From the NCBI RefSeq assembly GCF_036507355.1, contig NZ_AP027877.1: a stretch of DNA of 64,000 nucleotides, one strand, 5' to 3'. The DNA comes from Escherichia coli (GTDB taxonomy: Bacteria > Pseudomonadota > Gammaproteobacteria > Enterobacterales > Enterobacteriaceae). Position numbers and translations under genes: made by a program. Positions 11,463 to 24,333 of this stretch are shown here, in pieces. Position 1 is the stretch's first letter. Each line of letters starts with the position of its first letter. The notes beneath the pieces are model-generated. The model did no database searches. It worked only from the letters and a program-made list of their open reading frames with translations, and was not told the origin of the DNA.

Positions 11463-11500
11463 GCAAGGGAAATAAGAAAAGCGAGAGTTACAGCTCTCAC

Positions 11501-11827
11501 TTATTTGTTATTACTGCGAATTTCCTGCCAGACCTTATCACAATCGGCTTTCACCGCCTGATCATTTCCGGTTTGCGTTGCACGCAGACACTGCTGATAA
11601 TCCAGTACGCGTACACTTTCCTGGTCGGCAAACTGCTGATGTTGTTTCTCTTTCTTCAGCACGTTTAACACGCTCTGGCAGGCTTCAATTTTTTCTGGCG
11701 AACCTTGTGCGGTGTTGATACAGGCGCTGTATGCCTCTTTCAGACGGCTGTCTTCCTGTGGCGCGGTTGATTGCGCACAAGCCACCAGCCCCGATGCCAT
11801 CATGGCGATGAGAATCAGTTTTTTCAT
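11501..11827 (-). CDS. chiQ: Lipoprotein ChiQ/YbfN (108 aa), distal gene of the chiPQ operon
   Basis: ORF 11501..11827; signal peptide with lipobox LVAC-A; 49 bp downstream of chiP. Confidence 0.88.
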   Translation of the reverse strand: MKKLILIAMMASGLVACAQSTAPQEDSRLKEAYSACINTAQGSPEKIEACQSVLNVLKKEKQHQQFADQESVRVLDYQQCLRATQTGNDQAVKADCDKVWQEIRSNNK

Positions 11828-11876
11828 AGCAAATTCCTCAAACGTGCGGCAGGCACAAAACCTGCCGCGTCGGGCA

Positions 11877-13283
11877 TCAGAAGATGGTGAATGGTGCGAT
11901 TACCATAAATTTCACGTCACGCTCATCCTGGAAGATGTTGCCGTAACCACCGCCCCAGCTTGGGATGTCGGAGTGGTTGTCGTATTCGGTGAAATGCAGT
12001 TTGAACATCGTGCCTTTGGCGCGGCCGTCCTGAATGGTGTAGACCGCATCCAGGCTGTATGCAGACTCTTCAATAGTCCGGTTTTTGTCGTAGTACGCAT
12101 CCGGATTGCTCTGCCAGGTCGCAGGTTTAGCATCCCATGCGTAAACGTAGGAAGCGCCGATGGCGAAGCCTGGAAGATTCCAGTTTTTCAGGTCATACAT
12201 CGCACCGAAGAAGACCGCTTTTTCGCCGTTGGCGTTGAAGTCAGAACGGTTATCCCACCAGATATCCAGGCGACCGTTCGAGGAAGCGTAGGTTGGAGTC
12301 ATACGTTGCAGGAAGTATCCCTGCTGACCGTCAGCTTTAACCCAGGTGCCTTCGAGGCGCAAATCCACTACGTCAGCCGCCCGGTAACCAAAGGTCAACG
12401 CTTGCAGCCAGGCGGTGCCGTCATAAAGATCGTTGACGCTGCGATCGTCAACTTTATCGCGCGTACCGTAGAACTGGTAGCTGGTGGTTAACGGGCTACC
12501 GGCGATATCAAATTTGTAGCTGGCTTTGGCAAAGTATTGATCGATATACCCTTCCGCCTGACCAAATGCCGCTTCCAGTACGAAGTTATTTTTGAAGTCG
12601 TATTTCGCACCGATGGAGTGCAGATAATCAACTTTGGTAGTTTTATCGTTCTGATAAAACTCATCCATTTCCAGATGCCACGGTGCTTTGTATTCGTTGG
12701 TCCACATGTAGGAGAAACTCAACGCACCGGCATCGCCGTAATCAAAATTCGCTCCGGCTTCCGCACCCTGATAGGTACCTGGCATAAAGCTCCAGTGCGG
12801 CGCTAACAGCGTCTGACCGGTTGGCTGAATATAACCTGCCCTCGCCCAAACCGGACCGTATTTAAATTTGGCCGCAGCTTTATACAGGCTTATACCGCTT
12901 TTGTCGCCGGACCAGTCTTCGTCATAGGCTTTATTACTTTTTGAAAACGCGATTTCGTTCGGGTGAGAGCTGTCGCCGTTTTCCGCCATTTCAATCGCCG
13001 TAAACGCAGCAATATCAAGGCCGAACATATCAGCAGCATAACCGGACTGAAAATCGAGGTTGGCATTCCAGGTGGAGTGAGAAAGGTTGGTTTTGTATTT
13101 GTCGCCGTCGGTAACATCTTTACGGTCGCGTTCACGCTGCCAGTAATATATACCGCCGGTTAAGGTTGAATCGTCGATGAATCCTTCGGCGCGAGCCTCC
13201 GGCATTGCCATAAAGCCCGACATTGCTGTAACACCGGCGATAGCCAGCGCCAGCGTACTACGTTTGCCACTAAACGTACGCAT
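11877..13283 (-). CDS. chiP: Chitooligosaccharide-specific outer-membrane porin ChiP/YbfM (468 aa)
   Basis: ORF 11877..13283; signal peptide, OprD-like beta-barrel with C-terminal aromatic residue (F). Confidence 0.93.
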   Translation of the reverse strand: MRTFSGKRSTLALAIAGVTAMSGFMAMPEARAEGFIDDSTLTGGIYYWQRERDRKDVTDGDKYKTNLSHSTWNANLDFQSGYAADMFGLDIAAFTAIEMAENGDSSHPNEIAFSKSNKAYDEDWSGDKSGISLYKAAAKFKYGPVWARAGYIQPTGQTLLAPHWSFMPGTYQGAEAGANFDYGDAGALSFSYMWTNEYKAPWHLEMDEFYQNDKTTKVDYLHSIGAKYDFKNNFVLEAAFGQAEGYIDQYFAKASYKFDIAGSPLTTSYQFYGTRDKVDDRSVNDLYDGTAWLQALTFGYRAADVVDLRLEGTWVKADGQQGYFLQRMTPTYASSNGRLDIWWDNRSDFNANGEKAVFFGAMYDLKNWNLPGFAIGASYVYAWDAKPATWQSNPDAYYDKNRTIEESAYSLDAVYTIQDGRAKGTMFKLHFTEYDNHSDIPSWGGGYGNIFQDERDVKFMVIAPFTIF

Positions 13284-13400
13284 GGGTTAATCCTCTTTGA
13301 CGTATAAATTGCTGCACCAAAGGTGAACAGCGAAAAAAAATAAAAATTAAAAAAGTAGCGTTGAGAAAAGTCTCGCTGACTACAGGAACAGACTATTTTT
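13284..13400 (-). promoter_or_regulatory. chiP 5' leader and promoter-proximal region (expected ChiX sRNA pairing site and NagC control)
   Basis: AT-rich untranslated region directly upstream of the chiP start; regulation inferred from E. coli/Salmonella literature, not demonstrated here. Confidence 0.4.
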
Positions 13401-13632
13401 CGCGACGCGAATTATCAATCTCTTTCTGTAACCAGAATGTAAGAACATGAGCAACCGCACATATTTTGATGATTTTTGTTACAAGGCTTAAGTTTGCGGT
13501 TGAAAGGCTTGCAGAAGAATAAAAGCGTGAATTTCCAGCAAGATGAAAGCGGTTACATTTTATTTAATTATGTTTTGTTATTTTAAATTTATTTTATGGA
13601 TAAATTGCGAAGCGGAATTAATTCGCGAAGAA

Positions 13633-13665
13633 AAGCAGAAAAAACGCCGCTGAACGCGGCGTTTT
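13633..13665 (-). terminator. Rho-independent terminator of glnS
   Basis: Minus strand reads hairpin aacgccgcgttcagcggcgtt followed by a T-run, downstream of the glnS stop. Confidence 0.7.
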
Positions 13666-13685
13666 GGATTGTTTGCATATTTCTT

Positions 13686-13849
13686 GCCGGATGCGGCGTG
13701 AACGCCTTATCCGGCCTACAAAAGCACGCAAACTCAATATATTGCAGAGATCATGTAGGCCTGATAAGCGTAGCGCATCAGGCAATTTAGCGTTTGAAAC
13801 TGTTTGTCTGTTCCTTGCCGGATGTGGCGTAAATGCCTCACCCGGCCTG
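13686..13849. repeat. Cluster of three REP elements (BIME-like)
   Basis: gccggatgcggcgtgaacgccttatccggcctac / gtaggcctgataagcgtagcgcatcaggc / gccggatgtggcgtaaatgcctcacccggcctg. Confidence 0.85.
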
Positions 13850-13862
13850 GTAGAACTTAAAA

Positions 13863-15527
13863 TTACTCGCCTACTTTCGCCCAGGTATCACGCAGCCCAA
13901 CGGTGCGGTTAAATACCGGTTTTTCCGCCGTGGAATGGCGACTGTCGAGGCAGAAGTAACCTTCACGCTCAAACTGGAATGCTTTACCCGCTACCGCATC
14001 TTTCAGCGACGGTTCAGCAAAGCCCTGTTTGATCACCAGCGATTCAGGGTTAATCACCGACAGGAAATCATCCGCAGCACCTGGGTTCGGCACGCTGAAC
14101 AGACGGTCATACAAACGGATTTCAACCGGCAGCGCATGTGCCGCGCTCACCCAGTGAATAACGCCTTTCACTTTACGACCATCAGCCGGATCTTTGCTTA
14201 AGGTGTCGGCGTCATAAGTACAGAAGATGGTGGTGATATTACCTTCGGCATCTTTCTCGACGCGTTCTGCCTTAATCACATAAGCATTACGCAGACGCAC
14301 TTCTTTACCGAGCACCAGACGTTTGTACTGCTTGTTAGCTTCTTCGCGGAAATCGGCGCGATCGATCCAAATCTCACCGCTAAACGGCACCTGACGGCTC
14401 CCCATTTCCGGTTTGTTCGGATGGTTCGGCATGGTAACCATTTCGCCTTCGCCCTGATAGTTTTCGATAACCAGTTTCACCGGATCGATAACCGCCATTG
14501 CGCGCGGGGCGTTTTCGTTGAGATCTTCACGGATGCAGGATTCCAGCGACGCCATCTCAATGGTGTTGTCCTGCTTGGTCACGCCGATGCGTTTGCAGAA
14601 CTCACGAATAGAAGCCGCAGTGTAACCACGACGACGCAGACCGGAAATGGTCGGCATACGCGGGTCATCCCAGCCTTCAACGTGCTTATCGGTCACCAGC
14701 AGGTTCAGCTTACGCTTGGACATCACAGTGTATTCCAGATTCAGGCGCGAGAATTCGTATTGGCGCGGGTGAACAGGAATGGTGATGTTGTCCAGTACCC
14801 AGTCGTACAGACGACGGTTATCCTGGAACTCAAGCGTACACAGAGAGTGCGTAATACCTTCCAGGGCATCGCTGATGCAGTGGGTGAAGTCGTACATCGG
14901 GTAGATGCACCACTTGTTGCCAGTCTGGTGGTGTTCAGCAAATTTAATGCGGTACAGCACCGGATCGCGCATCACGATAAACGGTGAAGCCATGTCGATT
15001 TTCGCACGCAGGCAGGCTTTACCTTCTTCAAAACCGCCGGTACGCATTTTCTCGAACAGCGCCAGGTTCTCTTCAACGCTACGGTCGCGGTACGGGCTGT
15101 TTTTACCCGGCTGCGTCAGGGTGCCGCGGTATTCGCGGATCTGTTCCGGCGTCAGTTCATCAACGTACGCCAGGCCTTTATTGATCAGTTCGATCGCATA
15201 GGCGTGGAGCTGATCAAAATAATCGGAGGAGTAACGGACGTTACCAGACCAGTGAAAACCTAACCACTCTACGTCGTTTTTGATCGAATCGACATACTCG
15301 ATATCTTCTTTTACCGGGTTAGTGTCGTCGAAACGCAGGTTGCACTGGCCTTTATAGTCCTGGGCGATCCCGAAGTTCAGGCAGATAGATTTCGCATGGC
15401 CAATATGCAGATAGCCATTCGGCTCCGGCGGGAAACGGGTGTGTACTGTGGTGTGCTTACCACTGGCCAGATCTTCATCGATGATCTGACGGATAAAGTT
15501 AGTCGGGCGGGCTTCTGCCTCACTCAT
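13863..15527 (-). CDS. glnS: Glutaminyl-tRNA synthetase (554 aa)
   Basis: ORF 13863..15527; class I HIGH (LHIGHAKS) and KMSKS-type (VMSKR) motifs. Confidence 0.97.
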   Translation of the reverse strand: MSEAEARPTNFIRQIIDEDLASGKHTTVHTRFPPEPNGYLHIGHAKSICLNFGIAQDYKGQCNLRFDDTNPVKEDIEYVDSIKNDVEWLGFHWSGNVRYSSDYFDQLHAYAIELINKGLAYVDELTPEQIREYRGTLTQPGKNSPYRDRSVEENLALFEKMRTGGFEEGKACLRAKIDMASPFIVMRDPVLYRIKFAEHHQTGNKWCIYPMYDFTHCISDALEGITHSLCTLEFQDNRRLYDWVLDNITIPVHPRQYEFSRLNLEYTVMSKRKLNLLVTDKHVEGWDDPRMPTISGLRRRGYTAASIREFCKRIGVTKQDNTIEMASLESCIREDLNENAPRAMAVIDPVKLVIENYQGEGEMVTMPNHPNKPEMGSRQVPFSGEIWIDRADFREEANKQYKRLVLGKEVRLRNAYVIKAERVEKDAEGNITTIFCTYDADTLSKDPADGRKVKGVIHWVSAAHALPVEIRLYDRLFSVPNPGAADDFLSVINPESLVIKQGFAEPSLKDAVAGKAFQFEREGYFCLDSRHSTAEKPVFNRTVGLRDTWAKVGE

Positions 15528-15649
15528 CGTGGATTCCTCAAAGCGTAAACAACGTATAACGGCGTATGATCTTATAAGCGGGACAGGCTGACAACTGTTA
15601 GTTAGCGAAAATCGAAAATCTCACTGAGATTATGGGGATGATTGACGAA

Positions 15650-15690
15650 AAAAAAAGCGGCAGAGAAGATCTCCACCGCTTTTGCCAGTC
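15650..15690 (-). terminator. Rho-independent terminator of nagE
   Basis: Minus strand reads hairpin gcggtggagatcttctctgccgc followed by a T9 tract. Confidence 0.7.
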
Positions 15691-15703
15691 CCGCGTCATT
15701 GTT

Positions 15704-15777
15704 GGATGCGCGTCTTATCCAACCAGGACTGAGCTTTTGTAGGCCTGATAAGACGCGTCAAGCGTCGCATCAGGCAT
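15704..15777. repeat. REP elements
   Basis: ggatgcgcgtcttatccaacc ... gtaggcctgataagacgcgtcaagcgtcgcatcaggcat. Confidence 0.8.
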
Positions 15778-15785
15778 AAAGCAGA

Positions 15786-17732
15786 TTACTTTTTGATTTC
15801 ATACAGCGGCGTTTGACCCGCCACAACATGCCCCTGAGCTTTAATGATAAGGCCACTGAAATCGTCGATATTGCTGCAAACCACCGGGCTAATCATCGAA
15901 CGGGCGTTAGCGTTCAGGTAATCCAGATCCATTTCCAGAATCGGTTGCCCTGCGCTTACCTGCGCGCCCTCTTCCACCAGACGTTTAAAGCCTTTACCTT
16001 CCAGCGCTACGGTGTCGATACCCATGTGGACGACAATCTCCGCGCCTTTTTCGGTTTCCAGGCAGAACGCGTGGTTGGTGTTGAAGATTTTCACGATTGT
16101 CCCTGCGGCTGGTGATACGACGATTTTATCTGTCGGTTTCACCGCCACACCGTCACCCACCGCTTTGCTGGCGAATGCTTCGTCAGGAACCTGATCCAGT
16201 GCCACGACATCACCGGTAATCGGCGATACCAGCTCCGCGATAGATACCGCGTTTGGTACAGCCTGCGGTTTTGCTACAGGAGCGGCAGTTGCCGGAGTTG
16301 CTTCAGCAGAGGCAGCTGCTACCGGGCCACGGGCAACGACTTTCTTCATCGCATCGCCGATGGATTCTGCTTTCGCGCCAACAATCACCTGAATAGTCTG
16401 TTTGTTCAGTTTTACTACCCCAGAAGCCCCCAGACGTTTACACATCGTATCGTTAACGCGGGCAGAGTCAGCCACTGTAAGGCGCAGACGGGTGATACAG
16501 GCGTCAATTGCTTTCAGGTTGTCAGTGCCGCCAACCGCAGCAATATAGTTGGTCGCCAGTTGATTGAGGCCTTCTTCAGTGTTGCTGTTGGCTTCTTCAG
16601 TAACGATCTCATCTTCTTTATCTTCACGACCCGGCGTTTTCAGGTTGAACATGCGGATAACCAAACTGAACACCACGAAGTAGATAGCGAAGAAGACAAC
16701 ACCCATCACCAGCAGCATCCAGACGTTCTGGCTGGCGGCCGGCAGGTTATACATCAACGCGTAGTCGATAGCCCCCGCAGAGAAAGAGAAGCCGGCATGG
16801 ATACCCAGCAGCGTTGCCACAAACAGGCTGATACCGGTCAGCAGTGCGTGCAGGAGGTACAGCAGCGGAGCAAGGAACATGAACAGGAATTCCAGCGGCT
16901 CAGTCACACCGGTCAGGAACGCAGTAACAGCAACAGAAAGCAGCATCCCGCCAACCATCGGACGACGCTCTTTCGGTGCTGCGAAGTACATCGCCAGCGC
17001 CGCACCCGGCAGACCGAACATCATGATCGGGAAGAAGCCGGACATGAACATCCCCGCGGTGCCGTCACCAGCGTAGAAACGGTTGATGTCGCCGTGGAAA
17101 ACCGTACCCGCCGCGTTGGTGAATTCACCAATCTGGAACCAGGCGATGGTGTTCAGCACCTGATGCAGACCGGTTGGGATCAGCAGACGGTTGATGAAAC
17201 CAAAGATACCGGAACCCAGCGCGCCCGCAGAAACGATCCACTCGCCGCCTGCATGGATAGCGTGCTGTACCGGCGGCCAGACATAACCAAAAATGGCCGC
17301 CAGCACCAGGCAGAAGAAGCCGGTGGCGATCGGCACAAAGCGTTTGCCGCCAAAGAAGCTCAGGAAGTCCGGCAGTTTAATATCGGACCAACGGTTATAG
17401 GCTGCGCCACCAACCAGACCGGTAATGATACCCGCCAGTACACCCATGTTAATTTCTGGGTTGATGGTCACCATCGCTTTGGTTAACACAAAGTAACCTA
17501 CCGCACCCGCCAGCGCCGCCGCACCTGCGCTGTCTTTCGACCAGCTGGATGCCACACCGATGGCGAAGATTAATGCGAGGTTATCAAAAATCGCACCGCC
17601 CGCCTGGGCAATAAACGCAACGTTAAGTAAATCTGGCTGACCGAATCGCAGCAACAGTGCCGCCACCGGCAGCACCGCGATAGGGAGCTGTAACGCCCTA
17701 CCGAGTCGCTGGAAAAAACCTAAAATATTCAT
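15786..17732 (-). CDS. nagE: PTS N-acetylglucosamine-specific EIICBA component (648 aa)
   Basis: ORF 15786..17732; N-terminal polytopic EIIC, central EIIB, C-terminal EIIA domain. Confidence 0.96.
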   Translation of the reverse strand: MNILGFFQRLGRALQLPIAVLPVAALLLRFGQPDLLNVAFIAQAGGAIFDNLALIFAIGVASSWSKDSAGAAALAGAVGYFVLTKAMVTINPEINMGVLAGIITGLVGGAAYNRWSDIKLPDFLSFFGGKRFVPIATGFFCLVLAAIFGYVWPPVQHAIHAGGEWIVSAGALGSGIFGFINRLLIPTGLHQVLNTIAWFQIGEFTNAAGTVFHGDINRFYAGDGTAGMFMSGFFPIMMFGLPGAALAMYFAAPKERRPMVGGMLLSVAVTAFLTGVTEPLEFLFMFLAPLLYLLHALLTGISLFVATLLGIHAGFSFSAGAIDYALMYNLPAASQNVWMLLVMGVVFFAIYFVVFSLVIRMFNLKTPGREDKEDEIVTEEANSNTEEGLNQLATNYIAAVGGTDNLKAIDACITRLRLTVADSARVNDTMCKRLGASGVVKLNKQTIQVIVGAKAESIGDAMKKVVARGPVAAASAEATPATAAPVAKPQAVPNAVSIAELVSPITGDVVALDQVPDEAFASKAVGDGVAVKPTDKIVVSPAAGTIVKIFNTNHAFCLETEKGAEIVVHMGIDTVALEGKGFKRLVEEGAQVSAGQPILEMDLDYLNANARSMISPVVCSNIDDFSGLIIKAQGHVVAGQTPLYEIKK

Positions 17733-17853
17733 CTTATTCCCCCTACGAGAACCCTATTTGGCTCGTTTAAAGCCGTATTTTTATTGTGCTGCAAATTGTA
17801 CTGCCGATGTTCTGTAATCAGATTGTTAGATCATCTGCCACAGAGTGTGTGAA

Positions 17854-17878
17854 AATTTAATTCGTATCGCAAATTAAA
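17854..17878. promoter_or_regulatory. Candidate NagC operator (nagE-proximal)
   Basis: aatttaattcgtatcgcaaattaaa, an AT-rich dyad (TTAATTCG...CGCAAATTAA) resembling described NagC operators. Confidence 0.5.
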
Positions 17879-17886
17879 CGCGTGTC

Positions 17887-17908
17887 TTTTGTGAGTTTTG
17901 TCACCAAA
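17887..17908. promoter_or_regulatory. CRP binding site in the nagE/nagB divergent promoter region
   Basis: tTGTGAgttttgTCACc matches the TGTGA-N6-TCACA consensus. Confidence 0.6.
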
Positions 17909-18064
17909 TATCGTTATCATCACTCCCTTTTACTGGCTAAATCAGAAAACTTATTTTATCATTCAAAAAATCAGGTCGGATTGACGCCTGTCTGCGCAAA
18001 TCCAAGTTACGCTTAAAGATGCCTAATCCGCCAACGGCTTACATTTTACTTATTGAGGTGAATA

Positions 18065-20073
<2,009 letters not shown>

Positions 20074-20081
20074 GAGAAAGT

Positions 20082-21302
20082 ATGACACCAGGCGGACAAG
20101 CTCAGATAGGTAATGTTGATCTCGTAAAACAGCTTAACAGCGCGGCGGTTTATCGCCTGATTGACCAGTACGGGCCAATCTCGCGGATTCAGATTGCCGA
20201 GCAAAGCCAGCTTGCCCCCGCCAGCGTAACCAAAATTACGCGTCAGCTTATCGAACGCGGGCTGATCAAAGAAGTTGATCAGCAGGCCTCCACCGGGGGC
20301 CGCCGCGCTATCTCTATCGTCACCGAAACCCGCAATTTCCACGCAATCGGCGTACGGCTTGGTCGTCACGACGCCACCATCACCCTGTTTGATCTCAGCA
20401 GCAAAGTGCTGGCAGAAGAACATTACCCGCTGCCGGAACGTACCCAGCAGACGCTGGAACATGCCCTGCTGAATGCCATTGCTCAGTTTATTGATAGCTA
20501 CCAGCGCAAACTGCGCGAGCTGATCGCCATTTCCGTTATCCTGCCAGGGCTTGTTGACCCGGACAGCGGCAAAATTCATTACATGCCGCATATTCAGGTA
20601 GAAAACTGGGGGCTGGTAGAAGCACTGGAAGAGCGTTTTAAAGTGACCTGTTTCGTTGGTCACGATATCCGTAGTCTGGCGCTGGCGGAGCACTACTTCG
20701 GTGCAAGTCAGGATTGCGAAGACTCCATTCTGGTGCGTGTCCATCGCGGAACCGGGGCCGGGATTATCTCTAACGGGCGCATTTTTATTGGCCGCAACGG
20801 TAACGTCGGTGAAATTGGCCATATTCAGGTCGAACCGCTGGGTGAACGCTGCCACTGCGGCAACTTTGGCTGCCTGGAAACTATCGCTGCCAACGCCGCT
20901 ATTGAACAACGGGTGTTGAATCTGTTAAAGCAGGGCTACCAGAGCCGCGTGCCGCTGGACGACTGCACCATCAAAACTATCTGCAAAGCCGCGAACAAAG
21001 GCGATAGCCTGGCCTCGGAAGTGATTGAGTATGTCGGTCGTCATCTGGGCAAAACCATCGCCATTGCCATCAACCTGTTTAACCCGCAAAAAATTGTTAT
21101 TGCCGGAGAAATCACGGAAGCCGATAAAGTGCTGCTCCCTGCTATTGAAAGCTGCATTAATACTCAGGCGCTGAAGGCGTTTCGTACTAATCTGCCGGTG
21201 GTACGTTCTGAGCTGGATCACCGCTCGGCAATCGGCGCTTTTGCGCTGGTAAAACGCGCCATGCTCAACGGTATTTTGCTCCAGCATTTGCTGGAAAATT
21301 AA
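20082..21302 (+). CDS. nagC: ROK-family transcriptional regulator NagC (406 aa)
   Basis: ORF 20082..21302; N-terminal HTH, ROK sugar-kinase-like domain with CxCGxxGC zinc motif. Confidence 0.96.
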   Translation: MTPGGQAQIGNVDLVKQLNSAAVYRLIDQYGPISRIQIAEQSQLAPASVTKITRQLIERGLIKEVDQQASTGGRRAISIVTETRNFHAIGVRLGRHDATITLFDLSSKVLAEEHYPLPERTQQTLEHALLNAIAQFIDSYQRKLRELIAISVILPGLVDPDSGKIHYMPHIQVENWGLVEALEERFKVTCFVGHDIRSLALAEHYFGASQDCEDSILVRVHRGTGAGIISNGRIFIGRNGNVGEIGHIQVEPLGERCHCGNFGCLETIAANAAIEQRVLNLLKQGYQSRVPLDDCTIKTICKAANKGDSLASEVIEYVGRHLGKTIAIAINLFNPQKIVIAGEITEADKVLLPAIESCINTQALKAFRTNLPVVRSELDHRSAIGAFALVKRAMLNGILLQHLLEN

Positions 21303-21349
21303 TGTGCTTTTATAGTGGCGCTTATTGTTGTCAATATTCTGGGTAGTCC

Positions 21350-22102
21350 ATGACCATTAAAAATGTAATTTGCGATATCGACGGCGTGCTGATGCACGAT
21401 AACGTCGCCGTACCGGGTGCAGCGGAATTTTTGCACGGGATTATGGATAAAGGCCTGCCGCTGGTGTTGCTGACCAACTATCCTTCGCAGACCGGGCAAG
21501 ATCTGGCGAACCGCTTTGCCACTGCCGGTGTCGATGTACCTGACAGCGTGTTTTATACCTCTGCGATGGCGACCGCCGATTTCCTGCGTCGCCAGGAAGG
21601 CAAGAAAGCGTATGTGGTGGGCGAAGGCGCGCTGATTCATGAGCTGTACAAAGCCGGTTTCACTATTACCGATGTGAACCCTGATTTTGTGATTGTTGGC
21701 GAAACTCGTTCCTACAACTGGGACATGATGCATAAAGCAGCTTATTTCGTCGCTAACGGTGCACGCTTTATCGCCACCAACCCGGACACCCACGGGCGCG
21801 GTTTTTATCCGGCCTGTGGCGCGTTGTGTGCAGGGATTGAGAAAATCTCCGGGCGCAAACCATTCTATGTGGGTAAGCCGAGTCCGTGGATCATCCGCGC
21901 GGCATTAAACAAAATGCAGGCCCACTCGGAAGAAACGGTGATTGTCGGCGATAACCTGCGTACCGACATTCTGGCGGGCTTCCAGGCGGGTCTGGAGACG
22001 ATTCTGGTGCTTTCTGGTGTTTCATCGCTCGACGATATCGACAGTATGCCTTTCCGCCCAAGCTGGATTTACCCGTCAGTCGCTGAAATCGACGTTATCT
22101 GA
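21350..22102 (+). CDS. nagD: HAD-family UMP phosphatase NagD/UmpH (250 aa)
   Basis: ORF 21350..22102; HAD motif I DIDGVL. Confidence 0.95.
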   Translation: MTIKNVICDIDGVLMHDNVAVPGAAEFLHGIMDKGLPLVLLTNYPSQTGQDLANRFATAGVDVPDSVFYTSAMATADFLRRQEGKKAYVVGEGALIHELYKAGFTITDVNPDFVIVGETRSYNWDMMHKAAYFVANGARFIATNPDTHGRGFYPACGALCAGIEKISGRKPFYVGKPSPWIIRAALNKMQAHSEETVIVGDNLRTDILAGFQAGLETILVLSGVSSLDDIDSMPFRPSWIYPSVAEIDVI

Positions 22103-22107
22103 ATAGC

Positions 22108-22140
22108 AACCACGTCTCAGGACGTGGTTTCTTATTTTTA
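22108..22140 (+). terminator. Rho-independent terminator of the nagBACD operon
   Basis: aaccacgtctcaggacgtggtttcttattttt: hairpin plus T-tract 6 nt after the nagD stop. Confidence 0.75.
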
Positions 22141-22358
22141 CCCATCATTAAAATCATTCCATTCAATAAAACCCGCCAAAAATTATCGATCCATCAATAA
22201 ATACATCACCGCACCCTCCCCTTTTTCACAAATCAGCAATCACCATTACGTTTTTTATTTTTTCACCGCCAAATCGCTTGCGCACAGTGCTGCTTTGCGG
22301 CATTTTTTTAAACAAGCAAACACAACAAGCAACAAATACCAGGTTAACGGAGAAGGTT

Positions 22359-24023
22359 ATGTGTTCAATTTTTGGCGTATTCGATATCAAAACAGACGCA
22401 GTTGAGCTGCGGAAGAAAGCACTCGAGCTGTCACGCCTGATGCGTCATCGTGGCCCGGACTGGTCCGGTATTTATGCCAGCGATAACGCCATTCTCGCCC
22501 ACGAACGTCTGTCAATTGTTGACGTTAACGCGGGGGCGCAACCTCTCTATAACCAACAAAAAACTCATGTACTGGCGGTAAACGGTGAAATCTACAACCA
22601 CCAGGCATTGCGCGCTGAATATGGCGATCGTTATCAGTTCCAGACAGGGTCTGACTGTGAAGTGATCCTCGCGCTGTATCAGGAAAAAGGGCCGGAATTT
22701 CTCGACGACTTGCAGGGCATGTTTGCCTTTGCCCTGTACGACAGCGAAAAAGATGCCTACCTGATTGGTCGCGACCATCTGGGGATCATCCCACTGTATA
22801 TGGGCTATGACGAACACGGTCAGCTGTATGTGGCCTCAGAAATGAAAGCGCTGGTGCCAGTTTGCCGCACGATTAAAGAGTTCCCGGCGGGGAGCTATTT
22901 GTGGAGCCAGGACGGCGAAATCCGTTCTTACTATCATCGCGACTGGTTCGACTACGATGCGGTGAAAGATAACGTGACCGACAAAAACGAGCTGCGTCAG
23001 GCTCTGGAAGATTCCGTTAAAAGCCATCTGATGTCTGATGTGCCTTACGGTGTGCTGCTTTCTGGTGGTCTGGATTCCTCAATTATTTCCGCTATCACCA
23101 AGAAATACGCAGCCCGTCGCGTGGAAGATCAGGAACGCTCTGAAGCCTGGTGGCCGCAGTTACACTCCTTTGCTGTAGGCCTGCCGGGTTCACCGGATCT
23201 GAAAGCAGCCCAGGAAGTGGCAAACCATCTGGGCACGGTGCATCACGAAATTCACTTCACTGTACAGGAAGGTCTGGATGCCATCCGCGACGTGATTTAC
23301 CACATCGAAACCTATGATGTGACCACTATTCGCGCTTCAACACCGATGTATTTAATGTCGCGTAAGATCAAAGCGATGGGCATTAAAATGGTGCTGTCCG
23401 GTGAAGGTTCTGATGAAGTGTTTGGCGGTTATCTTTACTTCCACAAAGCGCCGAACGCTAAAGAACTGCATGAAGAGACGGTGCGTAAATTGCTAGCCCT
23501 GCATATGTATGACTGCGCCCGTGCCAACAAAGCGATGTCCGCCTGGGGCGTGGAAGCACGCGTTCCGTTCCTCGATAAGAAATTCCTTGATGTGGCGATG
23601 CGTATTAACCCACAGGATAAAATGTGCGGTAACGGCAAGATGGAAAAACACATCCTGCGTGAATGTTTTGAGTCGTACCTGCCTGCAAGTGTTGCCTGGC
23701 GGCAGAAAGAGCAGTTCTCCGATGGCGTCGGTTACAGTTGGATCGACACCCTGAAAGAAGTGGCGGCGCAGCAGGTTTCTGATCAGCAACTGGAAACTGC
23801 CCGCTTCCGCTTCCCGTACAACACGCCGACCTCAAAAGAAGCGTATCTGTACCGGGAGATCTTTGAAGAACTGTTCCCGCTTCCAAGCGCCGCTGAGTGC
23901 GTGCCGGGCGGTCCTTCCGTCGCGTGTTCTTCCGCTAAAGCGATCGAATGGGATGAAGCGTTCAAGAAAATGGACGATCCGTCTGGTCGTGCGGTTGGTG
24001 TTCACCAGTCGCCGTATAAGTAA
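22359..24023 (+). CDS. asnB: Asparagine synthetase B, glutamine-hydrolysing (554 aa)
   Basis: ORF 22278..24023; ATG at 22359 gives MCSIFGVFDIK... (N-terminal catalytic Cys of class II amidotransferase); SGGLDSS PP-loop. Confidence 0.96.
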   Translation: MCSIFGVFDIKTDAVELRKKALELSRLMRHRGPDWSGIYASDNAILAHERLSIVDVNAGAQPLYNQQKTHVLAVNGEIYNHQALRAEYGDRYQFQTGSDCEVILALYQEKGPEFLDDLQGMFAFALYDSEKDAYLIGRDHLGIIPLYMGYDEHGQLYVASEMKALVPVCRTIKEFPAGSYLWSQDGEIRSYYHRDWFDYDAVKDNVTDKNELRQALEDSVKSHLMSDVPYGVLLSGGLDSSIISAITKKYAARRVEDQERSEAWWPQLHSFAVGLPGSPDLKAAQEVANHLGTVHHEIHFTVQEGLDAIRDVIYHIETYDVTTIRASTPMYLMSRKIKAMGIKMVLSGEGSDEVFGGYLYFHKAPNAKELHEETVRKLLALHMYDCARANKAMSAWGVEARVPFLDKKFLDVAMRINPQDKMCGNGKMEKHILRECFESYLPASVAWRQKEQFSDGVGYSWIDTLKEVAAQQVSDQQLETARFRFPYNTPTSKEAYLYREIFEELFPLPSAAECVPGGPSVACSSAKAIEWDEAFKKMDDPSGRAVGVHQSPYK

Positions 24024-24030
24024 GAAATGC

Positions 24031-24063
24031 GAAACAGCCCCGGTGAAATCCGGGGCTGTTTCA
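24031..24063 (+). terminator. Rho-independent terminator of asnB
   Basis: aaacagccccggtgaaatccggggctgtttcag: perfect hairpin with flanking A/T runs. Confidence 0.8.
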
Positions 24064-24333
24064 GTTATTGAGGTGCTTGTTGATTCTGATATGCAGTAAG
24101 GAAATGTTCCGGGTTTGCCACATCACTGTTTGACAACTCATCACTGTAGGCCAGTATTTCATAGATTAATTTCCCACCACTATTGTTTAATTCCGAATTT
24201 CATCCTGTATGACAAAAGAATGGCTGTAGGGTGGGAAAAAACACAAAGTAAACAATAATTGACGAATATAGCGCCACGCTGTTCGCAACCTAACCAAACA
24301 GTCACTTTCGAGCAATTTTCCTTGAAAAAGAGG

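Noticed and set aside
11712-12491. 259-aa ORF on the plus strand
   Set aside because: Antisense shadow of chiP.
16560-17486. 308-aa ORF on the plus strand
   Set aside because: Antisense shadow of nagE; translation is compositionally biased (His/Gln/Arg-rich).
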